A DNA stretch of 32,000 nucleotides, from positions 780,001-812,000 of the forward strand of contig NZ_AP012549.1 in NCBI RefSeq assembly GCF_000829235.1, written 5' to 3'. This DNA comes from a cyanobacterium endosymbiont of Epithemia turgida isolate EtSB Lake Yunoko (lineage in GTDB: Bacteria > Cyanobacteriota > Cyanobacteriia > Cyanobacteriales > Microcystaceae). Below are positions 1 to 10,415 of the stretch, one piece after another. Positions within the stretch are counted from its first letter, which is position 1. Each line of letters opens with the position of its first letter. Below the pieces are notes generated by a model that was not told the origin of the DNA, did no database searches, and saw only the letters and a list, made by a program, of their open reading frames with translations. The position numbers were made by a program, and so were the translations under genes.

Positions 1-19
1 TGGGGAAATTATTGACTAA
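1..19 (+). CDS. rplX: 3' end of ribosomal protein L24 (partial, start lies left of the window)
   Basis: Frame 2 reads GEIID followed by TAA at 17-19. This matches my recollection of cyanobacterial L24 C-termini and the expected position just upstream of rplE. Only 5 codons are visible. Confidence 0.4.
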
Positions 20-122
20 GATGAGGAAAAATCGATTATCATCCCTGGATAGTTAACCCGTTCCTTAATTAATGATCAATTCCTTCCCTGACCAAGCCCA
101 GGGAAATGAAGGATAAAATACC

Positions 123-665
123 ATGACTCAACGCCTGAAAATTTTTTATCAAAACACCATTGTCCCAAAACTCAAAGAACAGTTTGGGTACAAAAATCTT
201 CATCAAGTTCCTAAAGTAGTTAAAATCACCGTCAATAGAGGATTAGGAGAGGCATCTCAAAATGCTAAAGCTCTAGAATCTTCCATTAGTGAACTGTCTA
301 CTATCACCGGACAAAAACCCGTTGTTACCCGAGCGAAAAAAGCAATCGCTGGCTTTAAAATTCGTGAAGGAATGCCTGTCGGGGTCATGGTTACCCTGCG
401 GTCAGAGCGAATGTATTCCTTCTTGGATCGTCTGATTAACCTAGCTTTGCCTCGGATTCGAGACTTTCGTGGTATCAGTGATAAAAGCTTCGATGGGCGA
501 GGTAACTATAGTTTAGGAATCCGCGAACAACTTATCTTTCCTGAAATTGACTATGACGCCATCGACCAAATTCGGGGGATGGATGTCTCAATTATTACTA
601 CAGCAAAGACTGATGAAGAAGGACTCACTTTACTCAGAGAAATGGGAATGCCCTTCCGCAAGTAG
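123..665 (+). CDS. rplE: 50S ribosomal protein L5
   Basis: 180 aa ORF with L5 hallmark stretches ([49 protein letters not shown]). Position in the spc operon fits. Confidence 0.97.
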   Translation: MTQRLKIFYQNTIVPKLKEQFGYKNLHQVPKVVKITVNRGLGEASQNAKALESSISELSTITGQKPVVTRAKKAIAGFKIREGMPVGVMVTLRSERMYSFLDRLINLALPRIRDFRGISDKSFDGRGNYSLGIREQLIFPEIDYDAIDQIRGMDVSIITTAKTDEEGLTLLREMGMPFRK

Positions 666-756
666 TCACCATATTACTCCGCTTTATACGGAGCCTGCCT
701 GCTAGTAACTGTTGGTTAATCAGCGACTTTATAGGAGAAATTCACCTTAAGCAATA

Positions 757-1158
757 ATGGCACCTAACGACACTATCTCAGATATGCTAACTCGCATCCG
801 CAATGCTTGTGCCGTCCGGCATTCTACCACCCAAGTGCCGACCACAAAAATGACCCGTAGCATTGCTCAAGTTCTCAAAAAAGAGGGCTTCATTGAAGAC
901 TTCGAAGAAACAGGAGAAGGAGTGAAACAATTTCTTCTCCTGACTCTCAAGTACAAAGACAAAAGCCGTCAACCCATTATTAGTATGCTTAAGCGGGCAA
1001 GTAAACCAGGGCTACGAGTCTACTCTAAGCGAAAAGACTTGCCTCGAGTACTTGGCGGCATTGGTATTGCAATCATTTCTACCTCCAAAGGAGTTATGAC
1101 TGACCGAGAAGCAAGACGTCAAAACGTGGGTGGCGAAATTTTATGCTACATCTGGTAG
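757..1158 (+). CDS. rpsH: 30S ribosomal protein S8
   Basis: 133 aa with an N-terminal [13 protein letters not shown] motif and a C-terminal GGEILCYIW motif, both typical of S8. Follows rplE directly with no rpsN between them. Confidence 0.97.
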   Translation: MAPNDTISDMLTRIRNACAVRHSTTQVPTTKMTRSIAQVLKKEGFIEDFEETGEGVKQFLLLTLKYKDKSRQPIISMLKRASKPGLRVYSKRKDLPRVLGGIGIAIISTSKGVMTDREARRQNVGGEILCYIW

Positions 1159-1206
1159 CGTTTTCAGTAAATAGTAAATAAGAACTGATAACTGGTAATT
1201 AAACCT

Positions 1207-1755
1207 ATGTCTCGTATTGGTAAACGCCCCATTCTCATTCCTAATAAAGTCACTATTGAGATTAACGGGCAATATGTGGCAGCTAAAGGACCTAAAGGAT
1301 CGTTGGATCTCACCCTTTCGGAAAAAATCAAAGTATTTCAAGAGTCGGACACCCTGGTGATAGAACGAGCTGATAATTCTCGGACTGCAAAAGAGCGTCA
1401 CGGACTTAGCCGCACTCTTATTGCCAATATGGTTGAGGGAGTATTTAAAGGCTTTGAAAAACGTCTCAGTATCCAAGGGGTCGGCTATCGAGCTCAAACC
1501 CAAGGAAGTAAAATTATTCTGAATGTAGGCTACAGTAAACCCGTTGAAATGATTGTACCTCAAGGCATTCAAGTCGTAGTTGAAAACAACACTCAAGTGG
1601 TGGTTAGTGGCATCGATAAAGAAATTGTGGGCAACGTTGCAGCCCAGATTCGTGCTGTCCGTCCCCCAGAAGTTTATAAAGGCAAAGGCATTCGCTATCT
1701 GGGCGAGTTTGTCAGACGTAAGGCAGGTAAGGCAGGTAAGGCAGGTAAAAAATAA
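1207..1755 (+). CDS. rplF: 50S ribosomal protein L6
   Basis: 182 aa starting MSRIGKRPI, with GVGYRA and [12 protein letters not shown] motifs. The C-terminus carries an in-frame (KAG)x3 repeat. Confidence 0.97.
   Translation: MSRIGKRPILIPNKVTIEINGQYVAAKGPKGSLDLTLSEKIKVFQESDTLVIERADNSRTAKERHGLSRTLIANMVEGVFKGFEKRLSIQGVGYRAQTQGSKIILNVGYSKPVEMIVPQGIQVVVENNTQVVVSGIDKEIVGNVAAQIRAVRPPEVYKGKGIRYLGEFVRRKAGKAGKAGKK
1719..1745 (+). repeat. Three perfect tandem copies of the 9-nt unit TAAGGCAGG inside the rplF 3' end
   Basis: Read directly: taaggcagg taaggcagg taaggcagg, followed by a partial taa. In frame it encodes [12 protein letters not shown]. Confidence 0.9.
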
Positions 1756-1757
1756 AT

Positions 1758-2120
1758 ATGAAACTTACGCGTAGACAATCAGCTCAACGTCGCCATCGGC
1801 GGATTCGCAAAAAAGTCAGCGGCACGACTGAGTGCCCCCGTCTGGCAATTTTCCGTTCCAATCAGCATATCTATGCTCAAGTTATTGATGATATAGCTCA
1901 GCAAACTTTAGCCGCCGCCTCGACCTTAGAACTAGATTTAAGACAATCTTTGTCTTCAGGGGCTAATTGTGAAGCATCAGTCGCAGTAGGCAAATTGATT
2001 GCTCAACGGACTATCGATAAGGGAATTGAACAAGTCGTCTTTGATCGAGGGGGAAATCTTTACCATGGACGAGTTAAAGCATTGGCAGATGCAGCCCGTG
2101 AAGCTGGATTACAGTTTTAA
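1758..2120 (+). CDS. rplR: 50S ribosomal protein L18
   Basis: 120 aa with [28 protein letters not shown] and [26 protein letters not shown] motifs. The start lies 2 nt after the rplF stop. Confidence 0.97.
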   Translation: MKLTRRQSAQRRHRRIRKKVSGTTECPRLAIFRSNQHIYAQVIDDIAQQTLAAASTLELDLRQSLSSGANCEASVAVGKLIAQRTIDKGIEQVVFDRGGNLYHGRVKALADAAREAGLQF

Positions 2121-2158
2121 ATATAACGAACTAATATCTCAATGTAAGAGTATAAATT

Positions 2159-2680
2159 ATGGTAAAGCGTCGTAAAGGCAGCCGAACAAAAGCGAAAGAG
2201 ACCAACTGGCAAGAACGGGTAATTCAAATTCGCCGGGTCAGTAAAGTTGTTAAAGGCGGTAAAAAATTGAGTTTTCGTGCTATCGTCGTCGTTGGCAATG
2301 AAAATGGACAAGTCGGCGTCGGCGTTGGCAAAGCTGGGGATGTTATTGGGGCAGTTCGTAAAGGAGTCGCTGATGGCAAGAAACAACTAATAGAAGTATC
2401 TTTGAACAAAGCTGACTCCATTACCCATATTGCTAAAGGTATTTCTGGAGGAGCTAAAGTTGTTGTTAGACCTGCTGCCCCAGGTACAGGGGTAATTGCT
2501 GGAGGAGCTGTACGTACCGTTTTGGAATTAGCAGGGGTGAAAAATATTCTTGCTAAACAACTTGGCTCAAGTAATCCTCTTAACAATGCTAGGGCCGTGA
2601 TTAACGCTCTTGAGGGGATCCGGACTTTCTCTGATGTAGCCCAGGAGAGGGGGGTTCCCCTAGAATATCTTTACAGCTAA
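2159..2680 (+). CDS. rpsE: 30S ribosomal protein S5
   Basis: 173 aa with [22 protein letters not shown] and [11 protein letters not shown] motifs. Confidence 0.97.
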   Translation: MVKRRKGSRTKAKETNWQERVIQIRRVSKVVKGGKKLSFRAIVVVGNENGQVGVGVGKAGDVIGAVRKGVADGKKQLIEVSLNKADSITHIAKGISGGAKVVVRPAAPGTGVIAGGAVRTVLELAGVKNILAKQLGSSNPLNNARAVINALEGIRTFSDVAQERGVPLEYLYS

Positions 2681-2757
2681 TCCCTAAACTCAAATGGATT
2701 ATCAAGGTGTAAGGAAGAATGAGTGCCTAAACATTAAACGTCTAAAACAAAAAAATT

Positions 2758-3204
2758 ATGAGAATTCATGAAATAACCCCAAAAGAAGGCTCCAAAAGAC
2801 GCCGTCGTCGCTCTGGGCGTGGAATTTCTGCTGGAAAAGGGGCAAGTTGTGGCTTTGGAATGCGGGGGCAAAAGTCACGATCAGGAACAGGTACAAAACC
2901 CGGATTTGAAGGTGGACAGATGCCTCTTTATCGCCGTGTTCCCAAATTAAAACACTTTTCTATAGTTAATCCCCATAACTACACCATTATTAACGTGGGT
3001 AAATTAAATTCTCTGTCACCTCAGACCGAGGTTACCCTAGAGAGTTTGATTGAACAAAGAGTTATTACGAGTAATGATGGTCCATTAAAGGTGTTGGGAA
3101 ATGGAAATCTAGAGAAATCTTTAACAATCCAAGCAGCGGCTTTCACCAAAACTGCTAAAGAAAAAATAGAAGCAGCTGGAGGAAGTTGGAAAGAGTTATA
3201 TTGA
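2758..3204 (+). CDS. rplO: 50S ribosomal protein L15
   Basis: 148 aa with [19 protein letters not shown] and [14 protein letters not shown] motifs. It follows rpsE directly, with no rpmD between them. Confidence 0.96.
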   Translation: MRIHEITPKEGSKRRRRRSGRGISAGKGASCGFGMRGQKSRSGTGTKPGFEGGQMPLYRRVPKLKHFSIVNPHNYTIINVGKLNSLSPQTEVTLESLIEQRVITSNDGPLKVLGNGNLEKSLTIQAAAFTKTAKEKIEAAGGSWKELY

Positions 3205-3282
3205 AATAATACCCCAAAAACACCGAAAACGATTAACAATTGATAAGTAATAATTGATCATTGATAACTGAGGTAGCCATTA

Positions 3283-4599
3283 ATGGTTGTCAGTCGAGAT
3301 AAAACGCCTACAGCACAAGAGACATTTTTACAAATGGCTCAAGCCGCCGGTCTTAGAGGTCGGCTCTTGATCACCATTGGATTATTGATTTTAATTCGTT
3401 TTGGCATTTTTATTCCTATTCCAGGAATTGATCGTGAAGCCTTTGCCGCCGCTATTAGTAATAGTCCTATTTTAGGTTTTTTAGATATTTTTACAGGAGG
3501 AGGAATTGCCGCTTTAGGAATCTTTGCCTTAGGAATTCTCCCGTTTATTAATGCCTCTATTATTATGCAGTTATTAACGGCTGCTATCCCTGTTTTGGAA
3601 GATTTACAAAAAAATGAAGGAGAAGCAGGAAGGCGTAAAATTTCTCAGATCACTCGCTACGTCGCCCTAGGTTGGTGTATTGTCCAGAGTTCAGGCATTA
3701 CTATTGGTTTGTTGAGACAGTATGCTCTTAATGACCAATTTTGGTTTGTCCCTGAAACAGTTTTGGCTCTAACAGCTGGTTCGATGTTCGTCATGTGGGT
3801 GTCAGAAATTATCACAGAACGAGGCATTGGCAATGGAGCATCCTTATTGATTTTCGTTAATATTGTTGCAAGTTTACCGAGAACTTTGGGGAATACTATA
3901 GATTATGCCCAAACAGGCGGTCAACAAGCTGTAGCCCAAGTTGTAATTCTTTTGCTAGTATTTCTGATTATGATTGTGGGAATTGTGTTTGTTCAAGAAG
4001 GAACCAGACGCATTCCCATTATTTCAGCTCGTCGTCAGGTAGGACGAAGATTATACAGAGAAAGAACTAGTTATTTACCTCTACGGTTAAATCAAGGTGG
4101 AGTAATGCCGATTATTTTTGCTTCTGCCGTTTTGATTTTACCCCAGTCTTTAGCAGGATTTTTTGGTAACCAAGGACCAGTTAGTCAGGTGTTGGTACAA
4201 ATTGCTAATACGTTACGTCCTGGAACTTGGACTTATATTGGAGTCTACTCATTGTTAATTCTGTTTTTTAGTTACTTCTATGCTTCCCTAATCATGAACC
4301 CTGAAGATGTCTCTAAAAATCTTAAGAAAATGGGGGCAAGTATTCCAGGAATTCGCCCAGGAAATAAAACTAAACAGTATTTAGAAGGAGTTCTTAACCG
4401 TTTGACTTTCCTAGGAGCCGTATTTTTGAGCATTGTCGCAACTGTTCCTACTTTAGTTGAAGGAGCAACTGGAGTTACAACTTTCCGGGGACTAGGAGCA
4501 ACTTCTCTCTTAATTTTAGTAGGGGTCGCCATTGATACTGCTAAACAAATCCAAACTTATGTCATCTCTCAAAGATATGAGGGAATGATTAAACAGTAG
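3283..4599 (+). CDS. secY: Preprotein translocase subunit SecY
   Basis: 438 aa polytopic membrane protein with SecY motifs (GILPFINASIIMQLL, ITERGIGNGASLLIF, GGVMPIIFASA). Position after rplO is canonical. Confidence 0.97.
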   Translation: MVVSRDKTPTAQETFLQMAQAAGLRGRLLITIGLLILIRFGIFIPIPGIDREAFAAAISNSPILGFLDIFTGGGIAALGIFALGILPFINASIIMQLLTAAIPVLEDLQKNEGEAGRRKISQITRYVALGWCIVQSSGITIGLLRQYALNDQFWFVPETVLALTAGSMFVMWVSEIITERGIGNGASLLIFVNIVASLPRTLGNTIDYAQTGGQQAVAQVVILLLVFLIMIVGIVFVQEGTRRIPIISARRQVGRRLYRERTSYLPLRLNQGGVMPIIFASAVLILPQSLAGFFGNQGPVSQVLVQIANTLRPGTWTYIGVYSLLILFFSYFYASLIMNPEDVSKNLKKMGASIPGIRPGNKTKQYLEGVLNRLTFLGAVFLSIVATVPTLVEGATGVTTFRGLGATSLLILVGVAIDTAKQIQTYVISQRYEGMIKQ

Positions 4600-4682
4600 A
4601 TAATATAGGGAATAAGGAAGTTTAATTACTCTCAGTCCCTATTTCTCATCAAGTCTAACTAACTTTAAGACAAACAATAGCT

Positions 4683-5246
4683 ATGAGTCATGCAAAGGGA
4701 TTAATTTTTTTAGGACCACCAGGTTCAGGAAAAGGAACCCAAGCCCAACTTTTATCAGAACAATTAACAATTCCTCATATTTCGACCGGAGAAATGTTAA
4801 GAGAAGCAATCTCTAAAAAGACAAAATTAGGGAAAAGAGTTCAATATTACGTTAACAAGGGGGAGTTAGTGCCTGATGAGTTACTGTTAAACTTGATTAG
4901 AGAACGACTTAACCAAGACGATGTCCAAAGTGGATGGATTTTAGATGGGTTTCCCCGAAATGTTTCTCAGGCAACTTTTTTGGATAAACTATTACTAGAA
5001 TTTAGAAAATTTTCGGAACAAGCTATTAATTTAGAAGTGTCTGATAATAAACTTGTTGAACGGCTTCTGTTAAGAGGTCGCGAGGATGATAATGAAGAAA
5101 CTATTCGTCGTCGATTAGAAGTTTACCGAGAGAAAACAAAGCCGGTTATTGATTATTATCAACAACAATGTCGACTTACTTCTGTGGATGGAAACCTCCC
5201 ACTAGAACAGGTAACCGCTTCTTTGAAAGAAGTTATCACTACTTAA
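4683..5246 (+). CDS. adk: Adenylate kinase (short form, no zinc-lid cysteines)
   Basis: 187 aa with a P-loop (GPPGSGKGTQ) and the motifs ISTGEMLR and GWILDGFPR. Confidence 0.96.
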   Translation: MSHAKGLIFLGPPGSGKGTQAQLLSEQLTIPHISTGEMLREAISKKTKLGKRVQYYVNKGELVPDELLLNLIRERLNQDDVQSGWILDGFPRNVSQATFLDKLLLEFRKFSEQAINLEVSDNKLVERLLLRGREDDNEETIRRRLEVYREKTKPVIDYYQQQCRLTSVDGNLPLEQVTASLKEVITT

Positions 5247-5418
5247 TTTAGTGACGTAGTTGACCAGAAATCGACGAATCCCTCGACCTTAAAATTTCTG
5301 ATAAAATAGGCGGAGAGTGGTTTATAAGGCTTATACGTCAGACGGCTTAAACTTACCTATTCCTAGCTCAGATCTCTACCTAATCCTTTTCCAAAAGTAC
5401 CATTTGAGGCTTAATCTT

Positions 5419-5646
5419 TTGTCCAAACAAGATTTAATTGAAATGGAGGGAACAGTAATAGAATCCCTCCCTAATGCTATGTTTAGAGTTGATCTTGATA
5501 ACGGGTTTAATGTATTAGCTCACATTTCAGGAAAAATACGCCGTAATTATATTAAAATTCTGCCAGGTGATCGCGTGAAGGTTGAATTGACCCCTTACGA
5601 CTTAACTAAAGGAAGAATTACTTATCGGCTAAAAACTAAAAAATAA
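5419..5646 (+). CDS. infA: Translation initiation factor IF-1. True start is TTG at 5419, not the track's GTG at 5317.
   Basis: From 5419 the product (L/M)[71 protein letters not shown] is a full-length ~75 aa IF-1. GAGG lies 9 nt upstream. The 34 extra N-terminal codons in the track have no IF-1 counterpart. Confidence 0.9.
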   Translation: MSKQDLIEMEGTVIESLPNAMFRVDLDNGFNVLAHISGKIRRNYIKILPGDRVKVELTPYDLTKGRITYRLKTKK

Positions 5647-5762
5647 ATAGTTAGTAGACTGAAGCTCGATAACAATTCCTTAAAAAATTCGTTAGACTAG
5701 CTAAATTTAAAGATAATTATTGCTACAATAGTAAGCTTGCAGTCGAAGCTTTAAAAACCAAA

Positions 5763-5876
5763 ATGAAAGTTAGAGCATCAGTGAAGAAAATGTGTGACAA
5801 ATGTCGGGTTATCCGACGGCGTGGGCGGGTGATGGTACTTTGTACCAATCCTAAACACAAGCAACGTCAAGGTTAG
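5763..5876 (+). CDS. rpmJ: 50S ribosomal protein L36 (37 aa, below the ORF-track length cutoff)
   Basis: Hand translation gives [37 protein letters not shown] followed by a stop. This is the canonical L36 sequence with its zinc-ribbon C..C..C..H pattern. It lies between infA and rpsM as expected. Confidence 0.95.
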   Translation: MKVRASVKKMCDKCRVIRRRGRVMVLCTNPKHKQRQG

Positions 5877-5947
5877 TCGTTGTCGTTACACGAGAGTGAA
5901 ACAATTTCTAGAAATGCAAACAGCAATATTATAGAGGGAGAAAAAAC

Positions 5948-6331
5948 GTGGCAAGGATAGCTGGTGTAGACCTGCCTCGGGATAAACGAGTGGAGATTGG
6001 GCTAACTTATTTATTTGGCATTGGTTTATCGAGGTCTCAAAAGATTTTAGCAGAAACAGGGGTTAGTCCCGATACTCGAGTTATAGATTTAAGTGATGAA
6101 GACGTTGCTAGTCTACGTGCTTATATCGAAGCGAACTGTCAAATCGAAGGGGATTTGAGACGTTGGGAGGCAATGAATATAAAGCGTTTGGCGGATATTG
6201 GAACCTATAGAGGCCGTCGTCATCGTCAAGGGCTGCCAGTGCGTGGACAACGGACTAGGACCAATGCCCGTACTCGTCGCGGTAGAAGACTTACCGTTGC
6301 TGGTAAGAAAAAAGTCCCCTCTAAAAAATAA
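5948..6331 (+). CDS. rpsM: 30S ribosomal protein S13 (GTG start)
   Basis: 127 aa starting [26 protein letters not shown], with a basic C-terminus. GAGGGAG lies upstream of the GTG. Confidence 0.96.
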   Translation: MARIAGVDLPRDKRVEIGLTYLFGIGLSRSQKILAETGVSPDTRVIDLSDEDVASLRAYIEANCQIEGDLRRWEAMNIKRLADIGTYRGRRHRQGLPVRGQRTRTNARTRRGRRLTVAGKKKVPSKK

Positions 6332-6379
6332 TGAGTTTCTATTGGTAATTGAGTTAGACAGAAAATTCAGTAAAGAACT

Positions 6380-6772
6380 ATGGCGCGACCAACAAAAAAA
6401 AGCGGTGCAAAGAAACAGAAGAAGAATGTTCCTAATGGCACTGCTCACATCCAATCTACCTTCAATAATACTATCGTTACCATTGCTGATACAAAAGGTG
6501 ACGTCGTTTCTTGGGCATCAGCTGGTTCAAGCGGTTTTAAGGGTGCGAAGAAAGGAACTCCCTTTGCGGCACAGACCGCGGCCGATTCAGCCGCTCGACG
6601 AGCAATTGATCATGGAATGCGGCAAATTGAGGTCATGGTCAGTGGGCCAGGAGCAGGACGTGAAACAGCTATTCGTGCTCTTCAAGGCGCAGGGCTGGAA
6701 ATTACTCTTATTCGGGATGTTACCCCTATACCTCACAACGGCTGTCGTCCACCAAAAAGACGTCGAGTTTAG
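6380..6772 (+). CDS. rpsK: 30S ribosomal protein S11
   Basis: 130 aa with [30 protein letters not shown] and [13 protein letters not shown] motifs. Confidence 0.97.
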   Translation: MARPTKKSGAKKQKKNVPNGTAHIQSTFNNTIVTIADTKGDVVSWASAGSSGFKGAKKGTPFAAQTAADSAARRAIDHGMRQIEVMVSGPGAGRETAIRALQGAGLEITLIRDVTPIPHNGCRPPKRRRV

Positions 6773-6864
6773 CCAGCAGTTATAAACTTTCAGAAAAGTA
6801 AAAAGTTGGCGTTAAACAAGGCACGAATCCGTGTCGTAGGGGCATTTGACAATGAAGGGAGGTC

Positions 6865-7815
6865 ATGGTCGTGGCGCAGTTTCAAATTGAGTGTGTTGAG
6901 TCTAAGACTCAGAAAAATCAAAGTCAATATAGTAAGTTTGCCCTAGAGCCTCTAGAAAGAGGACAAGGAACGACAATGGGTAATGCTCTGAGGCGAGTAT
7001 TACTATCTAATTTAGAGGGAACATCGGTCACGGCGATTCGCATTGCGGGAGTTAACCACGAGTTTGCTACCATCCCAGGGGTTAGAGAGGATGTATTAGA
7101 AATCATGTTAAACATGAAGGAAATTGTCCTTAAAAGTTATAGTGATAAGCCGCAAATTGGCCGCCTGGTAGCAAGAGGAGAAGCTACGGTAACTGCGGCA
7201 AATTTTGAGTTACCCTCAGAAGTGGAAGCTGTTGATCCAACCCAGTACATTGCTACCCTGACAGAAGGGGCAAAGTTGGAGATGGAATTTCGAGTAGAAA
7301 GAGGAACCGGATATAAGGGAATTTCCCGCCACAAAGATGAATCTTCTTCTCTGGATTTCTTGCAGATCGATGCAGTTTTTATGCCGGTCACCAAAGTTAA
7401 TTATAGTGTAGAAGACATTAGGGGAGATGGGGCTGAGCCTAAAGACAGACTGATTTTAGAGATCTGGACGAATGGTAGTTTTAATCCAAAAGATGCTCTT
7501 TCCGAAGCAGCAGAGATTGTAGTAGATTTATTTAGTCCTCTTAAAGATCTTAATCAACTTGAAACTAGTTCTCCTGATTATCAAGATGACGACAATCCTC
7601 AAAGTCAGATTCCTATTGAAGAACTACAACTTTCGGTGCGAGCTTACAATTGTCTAAAAAGGGCACAGATAAATACAGTTGCAGATTTATTGGATTATAG
7701 TCAAGAGGACCTTCTCGAAATTAAGAATTTTGGGCAGAAGTCTGCTGAAGAAGTGATTGAAGCTTTACAAAAACGGTTGGGCATTACTTTACCTCAGGAA
7801 AAAACTAAACCTTGA
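6865..7815 (+). CDS. rpoA: DNA-directed RNA polymerase alpha subunit
   Basis: 316 aa with the N-terminal domain motif LEPLERGQGTTMGNALRRVLLS and the C-terminal domain motif LSVRAYNCLKRAQINTVADLL. It follows rpsK directly with no rpsD. An in-frame GTG at 6871 is an alternative start. Confidence 0.96.
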   Translation: MVVAQFQIECVESKTQKNQSQYSKFALEPLERGQGTTMGNALRRVLLSNLEGTSVTAIRIAGVNHEFATIPGVREDVLEIMLNMKEIVLKSYSDKPQIGRLVARGEATVTAANFELPSEVEAVDPTQYIATLTEGAKLEMEFRVERGTGYKGISRHKDESSSLDFLQIDAVFMPVTKVNYSVEDIRGDGAEPKDRLILEIWTNGSFNPKDALSEAAEIVVDLFSPLKDLNQLETSSPDYQDDDNPQSQIPIEELQLSVRAYNCLKRAQINTVADLLDYSQEDLLEIKNFGQKSAEEVIEALQKRLGITLPQEKTKP

Positions 7816-7873
7816 TCTAAGTCCTCAAATTTGACTTATTACATTACAATTTACTTTAGGAGGAGTAAAAATC

Positions 7874-8224
7874 ATGCGCCATCAATGTCGCGTTCCCCAA
7901 CTGGGAAAGCCAGCAGACCAACGGAAAGCTTTGTTAAGATCACTCACAACAGAGCTAATCCGTCACGGTCAAATTACAACTACTAAAACTCGAGCCAAAG
8001 CAGTGCGCTCTAAGGTGGAAAAAATGATTACCTTAGCAAAAGACGGCTCTTTAGCAGCTAGACGTAGAGCAATAGGATATATATACGATAAACAGTTAGT
8101 TCATGCCCTATTTGCAGAGGCCAAAGAGCGCTATAGTGATCGCAATGGGGGTTACACTCGAGTTGCCCGAACTCTGCGTCGTCGCGGAGATAATGCAGAA
8201 ATGGCTATTATTGAACTCGTCTAA
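7874..8224 (+). CDS. rplQ: 50S ribosomal protein L17
   Basis: 116 aa with [18 protein letters not shown] and GGYTRV motifs. Confidence 0.96.
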   Translation: MRHQCRVPQLGKPADQRKALLRSLTTELIRHGQITTTKTRAKAVRSKVEKMITLAKDGSLAARRRAIGYIYDKQLVHALFAEAKERYSDRNGGYTRVARTLRRRGDNAEMAIIELV

Positions 8225-8251
8225 AGTGTTTTAAAATTTGTTATCGAGTTT

Positions 8252-9142
8252 ATGAAGCGAACCCAACCACTAGAAAAACAACGAGTTGCCCTAGTTATTC
8301 AATACCTGGGCAGTTGCTTTCATGGTTGGCAATGGCAGCCCAAACGACGAACGGTTCAAGCTGAGATCGAAGCAGCAATTATCCAAGTCCTTGAAACCAA
8401 AGTTACCTTATACGGTGCAGGACGAACAGATGCAGGAGTTCACGCAGCCGCTCAGGTAGCTCACTTCGACTGTTATAGTCCCATTCCCGCCACTCGATGG
8501 GCAGAGATTCTCAATTCTCGTCTACCCGAAGATATTCTCATCCGAGCCTCAGCCCTTGTTACCGAAAACTGGCACGCTCGTTTTTCAGCTCGATGGCGAC
8601 GCTATCGCTATACTCTATATACTGACAAACAGCCAAACCTATTTGTAAAACCCTTCAGTTGGCACTATTATCATTCGCCTTTGAATGAATCTTTGATGAA
8701 CACAGCTCTTAAACCCTTGATGGGAAAACATCATTTAGCAGCCTTTTGTCGTACAGGTTCCCAGCGTGATCATTGTTGGGTTGAGATTCAAGCAGCTCAT
8801 TGTTACCGACAGGGGCCATTTATTCATCTAGAAATTCAAGCCAACGGTTTTTTATATGGAATGGTGCGCTTATTAGTAGGAATGTTAGTTGAGGTAGGAA
8901 ATGGTAAGCGTTCTGCTGATAACTTTACCGATATCTGGATGAATCAACGAAGAGAAGAGGTTAAATATTCTGCCCCGGCTAAAGGACTATGCTTGCTAAG
9001 GGTAGGTTATCAAGATTGTCCTTTTCCCTATAGTGTTTGGTTCGATAACCAACCCTTTTTTGTATTTCATCAAAATTTTGAACCACAGTTTTCTGTGGCT
9101 GAGCAGCCTATAAATATGTGCCATCAGTTCCTAGAAAACTGA
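8252..9142 (+). CDS. truA: tRNA pseudouridine(38-40) synthase TruA
   Basis: 296 aa with the catalytic-Asp motif GAGRTDAGVHAAAQVAHF and the RYRY motif. The position between rplQ and rplM matches my recollection of cyanobacterial gene order. Confidence 0.92.
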   Translation: MKRTQPLEKQRVALVIQYLGSCFHGWQWQPKRRTVQAEIEAAIIQVLETKVTLYGAGRTDAGVHAAAQVAHFDCYSPIPATRWAEILNSRLPEDILIRASALVTENWHARFSARWRRYRYTLYTDKQPNLFVKPFSWHYYHSPLNESLMNTALKPLMGKHHLAAFCRTGSQRDHCWVEIQAAHCYRQGPFIHLEIQANGFLYGMVRLLVGMLVEVGNGKRSADNFTDIWMNQRREEVKYSAPAKGLCLLRVGYQDCPFPYSVWFDNQPFFVFHQNFEPQFSVAEQPINMCHQFLEN

Positions 9143-9181
9143 ATAAAATAAACTTTCTTTTAATTACTAACTGAGTCCTCC

Positions 9182-9640
9182 ATGAATAAAACCCTAACTT
9201 CAACCCTAGAAAATATTGAACATAAATGGTATGTTGTCGATGCAGCTAACCAACGTTTGGGGCGTTTCGCTTGTGAGATTGCAAAAGTTTTGCGGGGGAA
9301 AAATAAACCCACTTTTACTCCCCATATGGATACAGGAGATTTCATTATTGTAATCAATGCCGAAAAAGTTATGGTAACTGGTAGAAAAAACACCCAAAAA
9401 CTCTACCGTCGTCATTCAGGTCGACCGGGGGGGATGAAAATAGAGACTTTTGAAAAGCTTCAAGCTCGTATTCCTGAGAGAATTGTCGAAAAAGCTGTCA
9501 AGGGAATGCTTCCAAAAAATGCTTTGGGTCGTAAGTTATTTACAAAACTCAAAGTTTACACCGGAGCGACCCATCCCCATCAGGCACAACATCCTGAATC
9601 ACTTAATATTAATACTATTCCTAATGGAGGAAAAAATTGA
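9182..9640 (+). CDS. rplM: 50S ribosomal protein L13
   Basis: 152 aa with [25 protein letters not shown] and [10 protein letters not shown] motifs. Confidence 0.96.
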   Translation: MNKTLTSTLENIEHKWYVVDAANQRLGRFACEIAKVLRGKNKPTFTPHMDTGDFIIVINAEKVMVTGRKNTQKLYRRHSGRPGGMKIETFEKLQARIPERIVEKAVKGMLPKNALGRKLFTKLKVYTGATHPHQAQHPESLNINTIPNGGKN

Positions 9641-10053
9641 TGCAAGTTAATGCGCCTGAAGACAAAGTCGTTTATTGGGGCACTGGGCGTCGTAAATCAG
9701 CGATCGCAAGAGTTCGGTTAGTGCCTGGTAGTGGTGAACTTACCATTAACAAAAAACCTGGAGACATTTATTTTAACCGAATTGCTTCCTATATTCAGTC
9801 TATCAAAGCTCCGTTGGAAACCTTAGGGCTAGAAAATGACTATGATATTTTAGTCACTGCTCATGGAGGAGGGTTGACCGGTCAAGCGGATGCCGTCAAA
9901 CTTGGAGTAGCGAGAGCTTTATGTGAGTTAGCTCCTGAAAATCGCCAACCTTTGAAAGTTGAAGGATATTTAACTCGTGATCCTAGGGCAAAGGAACGGA
10001 AGAAATACGGCTTACATAAAGCTCGTAAAGCGCATCAATACTCAAAACGGTAA
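9637..10053 (+). CDS. rpsI: 30S ribosomal protein S9
   Basis: 138 aa with [25 protein letters not shown] and a C-terminal [15 protein letters not shown] start/stop overlap with rplM. Confidence 0.96.
   Translation: MMQVNAPEDKVVYWGTGRRKSAIARVRLVPGSGELTINKKPGDIYFNRIASYIQSIKAPLETLGLENDYDILVTAHGGGLTGQADAVKLGVARALCELAPENRQPLKVEGYLTRDPRAKERKKYGLHKARKAHQYSKR
9700..9707. repeat. HIP1 octamer GCGATCGC (cyanobacterial hallmark palindrome)
   Basis: Exact GCGATCGC read at 9700-9707 inside rpsI. A second exact copy lies at 19083-19090 inside pyrH. Seven-of-eight variants occur near 5566, 19957 and 22010. Confidence 0.7.
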
Positions 10054-10103
10054 TCCACAATTTTTGTCAACAATCATTAGTAAATCATAGCAGAAGGAGT
10101 TTT

Positions 10104-10361
10104 ATGGCTAAACCGAACATTCACCCTAGTTGGTACCCCGAATCGAAAGTATTTTGTAATGGGGAAGTTGTGATGACAGTAGGATCGACTCAACCCGAAA
10201 TCAATGTGGAAGTTTGGTCGGGAAACCACCCTTTTTACACTGGAACTCAGAAGATGATCGATACGGAAGGACGAATTGATCGCTTCCAAAAACGGTATGG
10301 AAATATTGGTACAGGAGGCAATAGGAAATCTGAACAAACATCTGATGATTCTAAAAAATAG
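10104..10361 (+). CDS. rpmE: 50S ribosomal protein L31 (form lacking CxxC)
   Basis: 85 aa with [20 protein letters not shown] and [12 protein letters not shown] motifs. Only one Cys, so it is not the zinc-ribbon type. Confidence 0.94.
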   Translation: MAKPNIHPSWYPESKVFCNGEVVMTVGSTQPEINVEVWSGNHPFYTGTQKMIDTEGRIDRFQKRYGNIGTGGNRKSEQTSDDSKK

Positions 10362-10382
10362 TAACGCGATTGATATTAGTGT

Positions 10383-10415
10383 CCCAGCATAAATTATGCT
10401 GGGTTCACAGTTTTT
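10383..10415 (+). terminator. Rho-independent terminator after rpmE
   Basis: CCCAGCAT (10383-10390) pairs with ATGCTGGG (10396-10403) around a 5-nt loop. TTTTT follows at 10411-10415. Confidence 0.6.

Noticed and set aside
787-2586. Antisense or alternative-frame ORFs within rpsH, rplF, rplR and rpsE (787-972, 1141-1596, 1580-1774, 2117-2386, 2224-2586)
   Set aside because: They fully overlap strongly supported ribosomal-protein genes. Their products are low-complexity with no recognisable family. They are shadow ORFs.
6113-6785. 195-aa (+) and 113-aa (-) ORFs overlapping rpsM and rpsK
   Set aside because: They are alternative frames of two canonical r-protein genes, with no SD or family signature. 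They are spurious.
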